Assembly: GCA_051294905.1 (NCBI GenBank)
Contig: CM119372.1
Location: 35,962,001-36,026,000 of the forward strand
From: Botryllus schlosseri
Taxonomy: Eukaryota
Reading direction: 5' to 3'
Length of the DNA: 64,000 nucleotides
In this document: positions 1-12,340 of the stretch, piece after piece
How the letters are laid out: every line of letters starts with the position of its first letter
Position numbering within the stretch: position 1 is the first letter of the stretch
Notes under the pieces: generated by a model
Seen by the model: the letters and a program-made list of their open reading frames with translations, nothing else
Database searches by the model: none
Told to the model about the DNA's origin: nothing
Program-made: the position numbers and the translations under genes

Positions 1-3000
1 TCTTCGGGCCCCGCGTAGACCGATACCCGATACGATCGTATCGGACTTTCAGCCGACTCGGGATCGGCCTTCAAAAAACAGTGTATAGCGCTTTTTTCAC
101 AGTTTTTTTAATCACCGATTTCTCGCCAACCGAATATCGTAGCCGGATAAATTTGGTACCGGCAGACGCGTAATTCGATTAAGATTCCAACGATACCCGG
201 GAAATGGGGCTGAGACGCGTAGAAAAAAGTTTTCTTCCAAAAACCCGTGATGGTACGCCAATACGGGTTACGCAGTAGGTTTTTCGATCGGTCGGTATCA
301 GAACATAGATCGAAATACCGATCGACAACCGCTGGTCTTAGGGGTTCGACAGAGTTATCCCCGTTTTCCTCTCGTCGAACTGAACGCGATGATATCCGAT
401 TCAACGGCTTGGACACGGGGTTGGCCCGGTATTGGCGTCTGAAAAGTCGGTTTTTGTCTCCCAAAGGCTACCGAATTCGCAGAATATACAGATCGATCAG
501 TAGCTTAGGAATAGCCTACTTTTATCACAAAAAATTTAACATGCCGCCTTTCTTACAGAGATAGGCACAATTCACAATGTTGAATTAGGTCGATGACTTT
601 TGTATTGTATACGTACGCGCGACCAATTGCGTGCCATCAACTGGTAAGGTCTCATGTCCGCTGTCATCGAGTGATTGAAAGATTAGTTTCAGCGTATTAG
701 CAGGTTATTGTAAATGGACGTTACTTTGGACGATGGACTAGCAGATGATGTAGAATGATGCAGAAGATGTATTGGCACCTCATGGCCCTAAAGTTTCATG
801 ACAAGTATATCAGCATGAATCCTTAACACGAATCTTATATGAAAAGTTAAAGACGCAAACATGCGTGATGGAGTTACTTCCCAATCAGTGTTTTCATCGA
901 ACGATTCGTTCTGTGTATTGAAGAGTATTCTACATAGCTGCTGAATTCTGCGTACAATAGCGTACAAATTTGGATCGCCACGCTGACTCCTTTTCCATGA
1001 CAAAAAGTGAGTATTCAGTATAGAATGCATTTCCCTTCTGTTGTAAGTATTATATTTCGTTAACTACGTCACGCGGAAGGGTAAGTACTGGACAGAACAG
1101 TCGCCAAACGGAGGCTGCGTCCTGTGATGTTTCCCTCACTAATTCAATCCGTGCCGTGGTAGATTTTCACTGCGTAACGTGCTTTCTGACAGATTATTAA
1201 ACGTCTATGTGAGTAGCAACGGATTTAGAATCGTCCTTGAAAAGGTGTTCACAGAACTCAATTAGTAAAATGTCGACTTCACGCTCAATATATCTGGGAA
1301 TAGGCCTACTTTTATCGCGTAACGTTAACTTTATATTGTTTCCCGATTAATTTCAAATAATTCAACTAGCTAGATACTTTCTAAATATTGATAAATCGTA
1401 TATATACGCTGTGTGAGTGAGCACATAGTTACGATAACATCTGCCTTTTCGTTTCATTGATTCAAAATCAAGTGTGTGGCCTATGATAAAGCTCCATCTT
1501 GATGAAGCAACCTATCATGTTGCATTTTTGTTTTGAAATTTACTGGAGTTGTGTATAATCTTCAAACGTATGTACTGTGCATGGAGCTAACAATTTGGCA
1601 TTAGATCGCTGCCTTGTTTTTCAGCCACTGCAAACAATCGAGACGTCAAGATAGCTGGGAAGACACTTAAATGAATTTGCCGTCAAGCAATTCTGATCAA
1701 AGTGCCTGCGGTCTCCCTAGTCTGCCATAATGATCAACGATGATGACGTGACGGTCTGATCACTTAAACATCAGACTGTCAATGTCAATATATGTATTGT
1801 TGCCTTGGCTTGAACGGACGGGGCCGTAATTGATAGCCGAATCTGACTGCTTCTTACCGTGTGTTAATATAAGGAAAATAGAATATCTGTACCCATGTCT
1901 TAGTTAGTGCAACGCATATAATGTAAGATTATCGGTTGTAAGCCTAGATTATACCGAGCGTTGTAACCAGCGCATTGTGCGAAACCGACACTCTGGGTAT
2001 TTACAACTGATACCACAATATGTCTGATAGCCAGTGATAGGTGTTTGAATGGACACTCTCTTGCCGCAGCATTGTGACGTTATGAAATGACAAAACAAGT
2101 CAACTTTGCAGTTGGCTGCTTTCCGAACCTATATCGCCACATTTCAGCCTGATCATCATTATTTGTTTATGTTAGCTTTGCAGAGTCATTTTATCCTTGT
2201 ACGTGATGACGAATAAACGAGTTTGATTTTTCAAGCAACACTGCTGCATGGTATGAGCGGATGACATGAGCTACGTCAGTTGAATTTAATGTTAAAATTA
2301 CGGTTGATTGATATCACGCGTTTTCAACCCAGATATGCGTTTCTGGTAAGATGATAGGGTGATTACAATCATTTAGGGATTGCTACAAACCTACGAAGGT
2401 ATGAAAAGCTGATTGAGGTCACATGGTCCGTTGGACCTTGCACATAATTTGAAAATTACGACGAGATATATTGTTATTATGCTAGTCGTTGCTGTTCTCC
2501 TCTCTCTAGCAACGAAATTATTGTGGGTGTGGAGAGGGATGATTACACCCGCGGCAATATTAGGTCACATTTTATATTCATCTGGTCCAGATTGACACGA
2601 CATGAATATTCGGCGCCAGCAATTTAGGTACCCGGATCAAGACATTTTTATATCGAAGTTTACGGTCAACATAAGGGAAATCCTTTTCGGCTAATGTTTT
2701 CTTGCTGACGATCTTTTTGGCTCACTTCTCTGAGACCCATGTTGACCCACACTTTATATGTCTTTTTACATCGTGGCGTGGTAATGGCCAACGCTCGCTT
2801 AGATGCCTACGTCTACAGATGATGCGCATTTTTTGTGGAGGAAGGGTGCCTAATAAACAAACATTTATCTACATGAAATCGCGTACAGCGCGAGAAAAAT
2901 TAAAAAGTTACGAAAATTTTCAAATAAATAGCGAATAATTAGTGTTCATTCACGAAATAATTTTGGCACCATTCGAGCTCGCCCTCCCCCAAGCGGGGTA

Positions 3001-3024
3001 GGAATATCTGGGTGTGGCAGGAAT

Positions 3025-3265
3025 GGGGGAGATAGCGTAGCAGTGATGCGTGCGGCTTTTTGATCTGTAAATCGTTGGTTCAATCCCCGGGCGGGTCAGA
3101 CCTAAGATTCGAAAACTGGTATCCACGGTATCCGATGGTTAAGATAAAAACAAGTTTGTTTGCTTTCTCTCTTTCTCTCTCTTGAGCATTAGTAAGGTGA
3201 ATCCTTTCTTATTTGCACGGTTAGAGCAACAACCCTCCTTGGTTTATCTGGGCTACTCCTCCGAT
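3025..3265 (+). mobile_element. tRNA-derived SINE-like fragment
   Basis: GGGGGAGATAGCGTAGCAGTG (A-box-like), GGTTCAATCCC (B box, 3077); GGTTTATCTGGGCT shared with the copy near 60360. Confidence 0.55.
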
Positions 3266-4426
3266 AAAGACATGGATTTGCGAATGCCAGGAAAGCGAAC
3301 ACTGAATTGCTAGGACAAGCAACTGAAACACAGCTGAAGAGAAAAAAATGGAAGCCAATCACCTTCACGATTAGGCCGAGATGGATGCTATAGATTAATA
3401 ATAATCGTGCTTGGTAGTTTTACCATTCTCTTCTCTGTTCAATATGTCGCAATGCATCTTTAGTACCGCATTGCACATTGTCTGGCTTGAGCGGAAACAA
3501 TAATTTGAGCTAAATTAGAAATAAAAGTCGGGGGTTCGCTGAGGCTCGCGACGGTCCAAAAGGGGTCCGCAAAGACATGAAAGGTTGAGAATAACTGACA
3601 AAAGGTATATGCCTTACGCTCGAAACTGACAGAGCATCTTAAAGCTGTCTTGACACAAGCAAATCAACGACCTATCAGCTCGATATATTGGGTGCGGGAA
3701 ATACTACAGAATATTTATCATGCTATAACCAATACATATATTTGATGGAGTTGTATTAAGGTAAAGCAGGGATTCTTTTTCACAATATGTATCACGAGTG
3801 TTAAACAACAAAATTTAACGATGGTATAGTGCCCTTTCGCCTTTGCCAAGAGCTAATCAGGGCCCAAATAATAGGAGTCGTCATTAAAATCGTACGATCC
3901 GCGGTGTCTACCAAGATCGCAACTAGAACTTATGTCGAGTCATCACAATGGTAGTCAGCATTTTTTATGTCGTCATTTTTTAAAACAGTGTATAAAGTCT
4001 TAAAATCCCTATATATACTGGAATGGTCTAAACTGAGTAAATCCTAAACAAAAACTATCATGTATGCAAAGCGGTGTCATTTTATACACGCGAAAAGTGG
4101 AAGAAAATCCCCCCTATTGATTGTCGACTTAATGCCACTTTTCAAAATACGGGGTTTATACAGGGGTCAAAATGTCGCCATTGTAACTCGAAATTCCTGC
4201 TACTTCATGACTTGATTTCTTTTGGAAGGGACAAATGAGGGACTAATAAGCGTGGTCCCAAACGGATTTGCTTAACAGACGATAGCAACCGAGGGAAAAA
4301 TGTCGCCAAGAATTAGGGGGACACGAAATTGTCTCCCAATTTTTTTCGTCCCCCAACTGCCACAAAAATAAGTACGATTGTCTCCCAAAGTAGCCTAATA
4401 GGTAAATATATATATATATATATATA

Positions 4427-6900
4427 TAGCAACGTACATGTTTTATAGAATATATTAGATCCAATACCTATACTAAAGCCGCAAAACGCATTGGGGCATA
4501 AATGGATAATGCGCGCAGATCGAATTACACCGAGATTTCACGCATCATTTTAAATAGCAAATAACGTAATAATGAGTTCTGTGCTCGGCTATGCAATATA
4601 GCTGAAGTCGCATAAATTCGAATGTATATGCAAGTTCTCTGTTAAGGGTAGACTATCTAGTCTCGCTTATTACTCGAATCTCGCTGTGGTTACAAATACG
4701 GCATGGTAATGCATTGGAGTTTGAAGCTAAAACATCATATTTCATGCAGTCAAGAAGACTAGCACCGCAAGCCCGGAACTAGTTACAAGCATATAATGAC
4801 AAGGCAGATTACGCAACACTAAAGGCGGGCTATTTCATTTCTTGACTATATTGAAAAATCGACAGCGTACAGCGTATAGCTATAATTTTTCGATGCAGCA
4901 ATACACTTCAGATTAACGTAGATGTTTATAGAATATATTAGATCCAATACCTATACTAAAGTCGCATAACGCATTGGAGCATAAATGGATAATGCGCGCA
5001 GATCGAATTACACCGAGATTTCCCGCATCATTTTAAATAGCAAATAACGTAATAATGAGTTCTGTGCACGGCTATAATGTTAACCGAGGATATGGTCGAA
5101 TTCGGATAAATTCGTATGTACATTAGGGCTGTTCAAAAATAACTTTTTTTTTCCCGATTCAAGCCGGTCACCTCTTAAATCGTCAGGTTGCAGTAGAAAA
5201 CCTTGCTCACCAAATTTCACTCGATTCCAACCAGTAAAGGCCTCCGCAGATCCAATTAAAATTTTTAATTTATTATGGAAAATAAAAAAAAAAAATTCCA
5301 AATTTTTCTGCCAACCCCATGAAATTGTTGAGCTGTCTTCAAAGACGTTGCAAAACAAATTTGAGTCAATTCCGACCAGTAGAAGCGGAGTTATGTGAGT
5401 TTTTCGATGATATTTCTCGGATTATCCTTGATTGGTAGATAATCCGCGATTTACATGCAAGTTCCTAGTCCCGCTTATTACTCGTTCGCGCAGTGTGGTT
5501 ACAATATTATGAATTAATTAATTAGCTAGAGCAACAGTATATATATATATATATATATATATTATTTATCACCTATATTGAAATTCGCTCATTTCATTTC
5601 AGATCAAAACGCCGGCATTGCATACGCAATTCACGCTCCGAAATTGTTACATTTCTGTCACAACTATCGCGCTATGCACTTCACCTGATGACGCAGGTGA
5701 GTTAGGCTACATTTCCGTATAGATTTGGACTAAATTTGGTTATAATTACTCCGCGCGGGTATGCACTTCGGATTTGAGATGGATGTTAGTCTATGAATTC
5801 TAGCTTTACTCACGACCTAAGGTCGGTAAATTGCAAGCTGTAGCAAGCATCTAACTACTGAGATTATGCTGATTTTACAACCCCCATAAGCCGCTGCTTT
5901 TAGATACGTAATGGAGCTGATTTAATAGCTAGTGCAGTGATGCTTTATCTTACCATTTCTGATAGTGAATAAAATATATAGCCAATATAAACCTATGCTT
6001 ATAGTACCACGAATAGCATAGCTATATAATTTATCGACTATTCTAAGATTCGCTACGCCGCCGCGGATGGAAGCTAAATTTTTCATTTCAGATCAAAACG
6101 CCGACATCGCACACGCAATTTACGCACAGAAAATTTCACATTTCTGCTATCGCGCTATGCGCTTCGACTGATGACGCAGGCGAGTTAGGCTACATTTCCG
6201 TATAGATTTGGACTAAATTTGCTTATAATTACTCCGCGCGGGTATGCACTTCGGATTTGAGATGGATGTAAGTCTATGAATTCTAGCTTTACGCTCAACT
6301 ATAGCATAGATTGTGCCCGCAAAATGCAAATTCGTATTAAGTGTAGCCTGCCTAGCTCCGCTTATTACTCGATGTTCAGTAACGCCTAATGTAAGCTGCG
6401 TTTGCTGGGGCTATAGGAACGAAGTCACTCAATACAAATTCCTGGCTCCTGCTAGATGATGATAATATGAAGCCACTAGTCCATAAGCTGCTGCTTTTAG
6501 ATGCGTGATTTAAATAGCTAGTGCACTGATGCTTTTCCGATAGTGAATAAAATCTATAACCTATGTCTATGCTATAATTTATCTCCTAAAACGCTATGCC
6601 ACTGCGGGCTATAACATTTCGGATCACTGACATCACAGACGCCGACGTTCAAGCCTAGATCGTTGTGCAGCTATATCTATATCAAAGAAGTGTGCTGAGG
6701 TCGTATCAAAGTCGCTCAACTATAGCATAGATTGTGCCAGCAAAATGCAAATTCGTATTAAGGGTAGCCTGGCTAGTCCCGCTTATTACTCGATGTTCAG
6801 TAACGCCTAATGTAAGTTGCGTTTGCTGTAGGAGCGAAGTCACTCAATACAAATTCCTGGTTCTTGCTAGATGATGGTAATATGTAGCCACTATCACCTA
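4427..6900. repeat. Mosaic of duplicated 100-220 bp modules in the Polinton left arm
   Basis: Near-identical pairs ~4430-4592/4915-5074, ~5592-5808/6081-6291, ~5885-6035/6481-6583, ~6292-6478/6713-6893. Motif CTAGTCCCGCTTATTACTCG or close variants at ~4657, 5465, 6352, 6773. Confidence 0.85.
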
Positions 6901-7015
6901 ACCGAAAGCAAGTCTCTACTGCTGATTGAGATGATTGCTATAATGAACGTAGCGAATATCACCCTTAAACGTACTATGCAAACTTTGAAACTATTGATTT
7001 TATTCATATATACAT

Positions 7016-7471
7016 TTACACAATTTCATTTTCTTGCTTCAGCTCCTTGACGAAGCGTCGTACGATCGAATCATTCTTGCGGTGATCTTCCCCAAAGGAA
7101 TTTAAATAACGTTCCGTACTCCATCCGCGCGCCTTATGGACGATGAAGCTTAGACAATGATGACCGCAAGCTCTGGAACGTTTGTGCTGCAGACGCTTTA
7201 TGGAGCAGGTATAATTTTCTGGTTCTATAAAGCACGCAATCTCGTATTTCAGCGGCATTAAGCCAAAGCTATCGTGAAAATGTGTCTCATCCTCATCCGC
7301 GTAAATGCATATCCAGTGACTTCCGATTTTTCGAGCTTCGTCATAATTGATCACGATAGCATAAGGAGGAGGGGGTCGCCTCGGTAGTCGATCGATAGGA
7401 AATGTGCCAAGGAAAATATGTTTTGTTGACTCGCAGCACCACAATATTTGGTCTATTTCATCCCCGTTCAT
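7016..7471 (-). CDS. Adenain-like (C5) cysteine maturation protease
   Basis: Catalytic pattern GSHW ... FHDSFG ... LQHKRSRACGHHC; AATAAA just downstream of the stop. Confidence 0.93.
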   Translation of the reverse strand: MNGDEIDQILWCCESTKHIFLGTFPIDRLPRRPPPPYAIVINYDEARKIGSHWICIYADEDETHFHDSFGLMPLKYEIACFIEPENYTCSIKRLQHKRSRACGHHCLSFIVHKARGWSTERYLNSFGEDHRKNDSIVRRFVKELKQENEIV

Positions 7472-8731
7472 AGCACGGTCACTTTACGACTGCTACTGAT
7501 TTGCAATAGCTTTTGGAATTCCATGAAACAGAGCAAAGTAGTTTCGGCTGTTAGCCCGCCAGCAGGAAATGTGATTCGTACACTTAAGGTGCCACTCTTT
7601 TGTAAGTCAAAGCAATCATCCAAATCATCAGGGCGCAAATTATAAACCAGTAGACAGAAACCACTAGCGAACTCTTCAGGCGTTAGGAGTCCTATGTTTT
7701 TCTCCATTGCTCCCGTACCCTCAATCAGGTTATGGTAAAGCTCCGTGTAATGACCCTTATCGAAATCTAGCTCATAACCTCCCTCCGGAATCAGAAATCC
7801 GTTCAGTTTCAGTTCGAGTCGTTGCATATTATTGTGTATGAAATTATAAGGATTTTTCGTAACATCTCCTTGAAAGGCTTTCGTAGCTACCATTCCGATG
7901 ATTAGGCGAGAAGGTAGAGTCCCGCTATATAGATTCCCGATATCTATCTGCGTCGTAGCAGCCGCAAATGTTCGGGTGATCAACTTCATGTCGATATACG
8001 GATATTTCGCCTGAGCATTCACCATCATCGCTGTCTTCACATCATCGCTGACTCGTACGGTACATAACTGTAATTCCTTTTTTGTTAAGGTGAATTGGCC
8101 GGTAGCATCTCCCATCATAAAAAAGCTTTTCGGATTCAAGGTAAGCTCAAACTCGAGAGGCACGTCATGTAGGATGTAGCGGTCTTGCAGACATAGTCCG
8201 TGATGGATTTTTGCACGTATTTCCACCACGTTATCATCCTTATAGGCTTTACTCCTGTTGTAATATCCTTTGTTAGCTGAGGCGTTAGTACCACCGATCG
8301 TATCCATTTTCCCCAAAGTATCTTTTCTTCATCCTGAAGTCCTGAGTGTGGTGTTTTGCACGTCAAGCGGAGTGATAGGACGAATAACACTGTACTTTTA
8401 TATCTTGTTTCAAAGTTTCGTTAGCGACTTTAATTTGTAGTTGAGAAATCAAGGAATCCAAGATATTATTTACAACACCAACATCATCATCGGGGCCAAT
8501 TGCTTCGCCGCCTTTCTTTAATTGTAAATGAAATAAGAAATAGCTCTCGCTCAAATCGATAAAGTCTTCTGAGCCCTCAAAGCGGAATGTTATCACACTA
8601 GAGTTGTTCGAAATCGGTGCTATCTTGATGATTCTTTTCTTTTCAACGCTAGTCTGTGTCGCGGGAATGTGAAATAAATCCAATGAGGGATGTACCCCCT
8701 CTGGGGACTGTACATGAATTAACTCCGCCAT
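7468..8731 (-). pseudogene. Major capsid protein (double jelly-roll type), disrupted by a frameshift and an in-frame TGA
   Basis: ORF 8363-8731 (SLDLF..PATQTSVE, FIDLSESY) and ORF 7468-8316 (LPSRLIIGMV, NPYNF, SGTLSVRITF) are two halves of a Polinton MCP. The C-terminal frame extended upstream reads TTLRTSG*RKDTLGKMD, and the frame changes near 8400. Confidence 0.85.
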
Positions 8732-8780
8732 CTATCAAGTCTCAAGTAACAAATGATGCTTATCGTCGTGTAATATATAT

Positions 8781-9152
8781 TTATTCGAAAATATCTTTGC
8801 GACGTCTCTTTTTCGTGATCTTACGACCCCGTCTTGGCATTTTTCTTTTTCTCAGTAAAGAATCGAGAGCGTTCCCAGCGGCTTCTTTGCCACGTATTTT
8901 AAGACTATCGCCGACATTCTCTCCATTAAGAACATCAGAGGCTACTTGCGCCCCGGTATGTAGTAGACGCTTCCCGAGTGATTTTGCACCTTTCGAAATT
9001 AGAGGCATAACGCTTCTTCCGAACGAACGAAATAAGTTTCCAAGTCCATGACCTCTCTGCACTTTACCCCGAAAAAAATTGATATCACCACCGCTCTGTT
9101 GGTGATAATAGTTTCTGAACGCCTCCCGATCACAGCAATAATGACTCCTCAT
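8781..9152 (-). CDS. Basic virion core/cement protein with protease-cleavage-like motifs and an amphipathic helix
   Basis: YYxQQSGG and QRGHG-LGNLFRSFGR motifs typical of Polinton core proteins; Arg/Lys-rich tail ending DIFE; lies just before MCP. Confidence 0.75.
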   Translation of the reverse strand: MRSHYCCDREAFRNYYHQQSGGDINFFRGKVQRGHGLGNLFRSFGRSVMPLISKGAKSLGKRLLHTGAQVASDVLNGENVGDSLKIRGKEAAGNALDSLLRKRKMPRRGRKITKKRRRKDIFE

Positions 9153-9852
9153 GATGTCTCAAAGCAAGTGTGAGATGAAGAGGCGCGTTCCCAAACTTTA
9201 TAGCTTCGCCTTTATCATCACGAAGCATAACGCGTATCTCGCTTACTCGCTCCGTATTCAGAGGAAAGAAATATATTTTTTTGAATAGCATATGCTGATA
9301 TTCATCTATTCCCGTTGTAACACGGATATTGCGTAGTAGAGGCGCACTCGTATCACCTACAATTTGAGGGGTGATGACATCCGTATAAACTAAAACGTTG
9401 GTCACGGACACAGGTTCCCCTTGAAAGTGAATTTTTCTTCGTCTATGTAATCCACCATCTAGCTCTACCTCCGAACGAGCTCCTCCTCTGAGAACGGGGT
9501 TTCTATTATCCATGAAAAGTCTCGGACCGCTGGAACTCTTGTAAGGTCCCGCTATCAAGACCGGACCAGAACCGTCTACCCAAATAAATCGTGCTTTTTT
9601 CTGATCGTGATTGATACGCTTCATCAAACTAATTTTATCATGATAATCACCAGCCGGGAAATAATAAAAATTATTATCGCCTTCCGCATCATTCACGTAC
9701 CATAATAAGCCATCGTAAGGCTCGAACGTGGGCTGAAAATTATTTTTAAAAGACAACTCGGCAAGCCCTATCTCCCATTCACCAGAATCTATCGGTTTCG
9801 CGAGATCGATAGTAAAATCAGACTCGTGTGACGTAATATGAATATATTTCAT
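9130..9852 (-). CDS. Minor capsid (penton-like) protein, paralog 2
   Basis: WEIGLAELSF, VYTDVITPQIVGDTSAPLLRNI, YFFPL, LRDDKGEAIKF motifs of Polinton minor capsid proteins. Confidence 0.8.
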   Translation of the reverse strand: MKYIHITSHESDFTIDLAKPIDSGEWEIGLAELSFKNNFQPTFEPYDGLLWYVNDAEGDNNFYYFPAGDYHDKISLMKRINHDQKKARFIWVDGSGPVLIAGPYKSSSGPRLFMDNRNPVLRGGARSEVELDGGLHRRRKIHFQGEPVSVTNVLVYTDVITPQIVGDTSAPLLRNIRVTTGIDEYQHMLFKKIYFFPLNTERVSEIRVMLRDDKGEAIKFGNAPLHLTLALRHHEESLLL

Positions 9853-10658
9853 AATGCAACTCCCCGTCTACGAAAATGCAATACAACACTCGAAGGAGAA
9901 CTTCGAAAGGGTATTTTCTCACCCTCCTCATCAAGTAGCGATATTTCGACACGTTCTAGCCTATTTATATTAACAGGGAAATAAAATGGCTTCGTGTAAT
10001 ATTTCGAAAATGATTTACGATCGTTCACCTGTACGACACGTAACAACGGTAAGAGCCTACCGCTATCTTCTTGTGGCTCAATGATATTACAATGAACATA
10101 AACGAAATCGATAGTCGGATCATGTCGCATGCGAAAGTTCAAATGAATGATACCCTCAGTGAAAAAATAATTCCACAATGTACAATTAGTATTCGGGAAA
10201 TGAAACACCAATAACTCCTCCTTCGTTTCCTTACGCATAAGAGCACCGTACAATTCTCCGCGGCGTACCAAGCTACTATGCCCTATGTCCGTCTCTGGTC
10301 GCAATTTGTCGGTTACCTCGTTATGAGGTATAGAGATAGACATACTATGATTTTCAGGGAAACATGTTACTTTTGCATCAGGATTGTCTCTTTCCAACGA
10401 TCTATACAGGTCATATAACGAGTCGTATTCTCCCAATTTAAAATGAAATTTTCTTGCTCTCTTTTGCGATCTGATCCCATACCTATTCTTCGTGATCCTA
10501 TACTGTTTTTGATAATCCGTGGGGAAGGAGATCTCAGCCAGAGAAACTTCTGTATCTTCCACGTTTTTCGGGACGTCCAATTCAACGCAATAACTCGCTG
10601 TTGTATTATCAGGAAATTTATCCATGGAAGCGTTCGAAAATAGCGTGACGTAGCTCAT
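9849..10658 (-). CDS. Minor capsid (penton-like) protein, paralog 1 (likely start ATG 10658)
   Basis: MSYVTLFSNASMDKFPDNT start, EVSLAEISFP, YVHCNIIEPQ..LPLLRVV, SVVLHFR. Confidence 0.82.
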   Translation of the reverse strand: MSYVTLFSNASMDKFPDNTTASYCVELDVPKNVEDTEVSLAEISFPTDYQKQYRITKNRYGIRSQKRARKFHFKLGEYDSLYDLYRSLERDNPDAKVTCFPENHSMSISIPHNEVTDKLRPETDIGHSSLVRRGELYGALMRKETKEELLVFHFPNTNCTLWNYFFTEGIIHLNFRMRHDPTIDFVYVHCNIIEPQEDSGRLLPLLRVVQVNDRKSFSKYYTKPFYFPVNINRLERVEISLLDEEGEKIPFRSSPSSVVLHFRRRGVAL

Positions 10659-10864
10659 ATTTTGAGCTTGGGATTCGGAAGCATATAACCAACGCAAGAA
10701 AAGAGGAGAGATATCCAAAGCTCTTTGTTCCCATTCGAAATTGTAAGATTATAGAGAGAGAACGATACGATGACCAGTATGATTACTAGTTGCGCCAAAA
10801 ACTGATAAAGGTTCCGACTAGACGATATCCTTCTTATCGACCCAGCTGTCGAATCCACTTCCAT
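10655..10864 (-). CDS. Small two-TM membrane protein of Polinton type
   Basis: Two hydrophobic segments ending WISLLFSCVGYMLPNPK; stop overlaps the next ATG (ATGA). Confidence 0.7.
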   Translation of the reverse strand: MEVDSTAGSIRRISSSRNLYQFLAQLVIILVIVSFSLYNLTISNGNKELWISLLFSCVGYMLPNPKLKI

Positions 10865-11194
10865 ATCCCAACCAGCGTACTAAATACTGTTCTCGTCCCG
10901 CGCGTTTACGCCTTCTTATAATCTTTTCGACACGCCAAGCTTGCGGTTCTTTTACGCGTTGGAGCTCCTCTCTATAAAATCTACCCTGGATGACTTCACC
11001 ACCGTAATCACGTAAGCCAGGGGTCGGCAACCTTTTGTTAGTCGCGGGCCAAACTTCGGGTGTTCAACCTTTTGGCGGGCCGGATTTTTTCTTTGTACTA
11101 TATTTTACGCTCACTTCGGTATATTATCCTACATTGCTGCAATCTCAATCATACCAACCCGAAGAGACATGTATTTACACTTCAACGACACAGA

Positions 11195-11620
11195 ATAATT
11201 GTGACAATTGCCGCAGCTTGCTTTGTGAAAGGTTTTCAACTTCTGGTAACAAGTCAGATGAAACAAGAATCAGACCCTATTCAAAATGGACGTCCGAAAT
11301 ACGTGATCTTAGCTTGCTCTTCGTGAATTTCATTGTTCAAAACTTTTGTTCACATGCGTACGTGCTTCCAAAAATCGATGCAATTTCTTTTGCATTGCTG
11401 GTCAAGCTGGGATAAAGACCAATTTCAAGAAAGTACTCTTTGTCAAAGTCATGCAGCGATATGCTCTTTGTATGAAATTTGTCATTCAATTCAACTGCAT
11501 CGCATTTTAGAAACGCCCATTTTCAGGCAATGGTATTGGCGTCCACATTAAACGGAGTACTGAATAGTCCGAATTAATTTTGTAGAGAAGGAATGTCGGA
11601 AAAGCGGGTGAATATTCAGT
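11195..11620 (-). pseudogene. Remnant of hAT transposase C-terminal dimerization region
   Basis: Manual minus-strand translation gives LFSTPFNVD and IASIFGSTYACEQKF*TMKFTKSKLRSRISDVHFE*, with stops. Confidence 0.8.
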
Positions 11621-12340
11621 AGTTAAACTTCGTATCACAGTTACAAATGTAATGTTGGTACTAGGTTTTCTCTCCTCCAGTATAGGAAACTGAGCATGAT
11701 TTTCTTTTTACTGTTGACATTTCAAGAGTCACAGATTTGTTTTGAATGCGCCTCAACATCTCATGTATGTAGTTGTTTTCCCCCTGAAGTTGCAAGTTCA
11801 ATTTGTTCAGATGTGACGTTAAATGTACCAGGAAAGCAAGATGAGATACCCATTTTCGATTACAAGATTACGAGTCGGCGATGTTTGTATTTTCGAGGAA
11901 AGTTGCTATTTCATTTCTCAGTTCATACACTCGTGTAAGCATAGCTTCTCGACTCAATGAGCGAACATGACAGATATAGGCCTACATGACATAGCCATAT
12001 TGATTCTCTGCTTCTAGTAATATCTGGCGTAACTGATTCAGTTGATGAGGCAAAAATCATATTAACAGTTATCCCCATTGTGGCCAAAACACTATTCAGG
12101 CACACAATGGCACACAATGCCTTCTGGAAAATCAAACCATAGACAGGCTAACTAACATACGGAGGCTAGTTATCTATAATCGAATAGTTTGAGATTCCGT
12201 CATTGCGTCTGAGATGCTCCAAGCGTTTTTGAAGCAAAGGAAGAACACCTTTATTGTCACACCCCGTTAGAGTGATTAGCGCTTTAAAAAAGCATGGAAC
12301 ACCTTCGGTTGCGACATACACCCGATTGATAAGTCTATAG

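Noticed and set aside
1..564. ORFs 108-464 and 247-564
   Set aside because: No recognisable domain; the region is rich in CCGAT/ATCGG repeats and looks like a transposon fragment whose boundaries I cannot define.
2413..2595. Hydrophobic ORF as the first GPx exon
   Set aside because: No GPx similarity and no convincing splice donor.
3719..3724. CATGCT as the left Polinton TSD
   Set aside because: Not followed by the AGTAGT terminal repeat; a 6-mer match is expected by chance.
5680..5720. CTGATGA as a hammerhead core
   Set aside because: No downstream GAAA or stem III; only a simple hairpin.
4427..6900. CRISPR-like repeat-spacer array
   Set aside because: Irregular spacing, long duplicated modules instead of unique spacers, no cas genes, eukaryotic context.
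8330..8332. In-frame TGA in the capsid gene as selenocysteine, given the nearby SECIS
   Set aside because: The SECIS is on the opposite strand 18 kb away in the GPx UTR; the position fits a Trp codon mutated to TGA and sits next to a frameshift.
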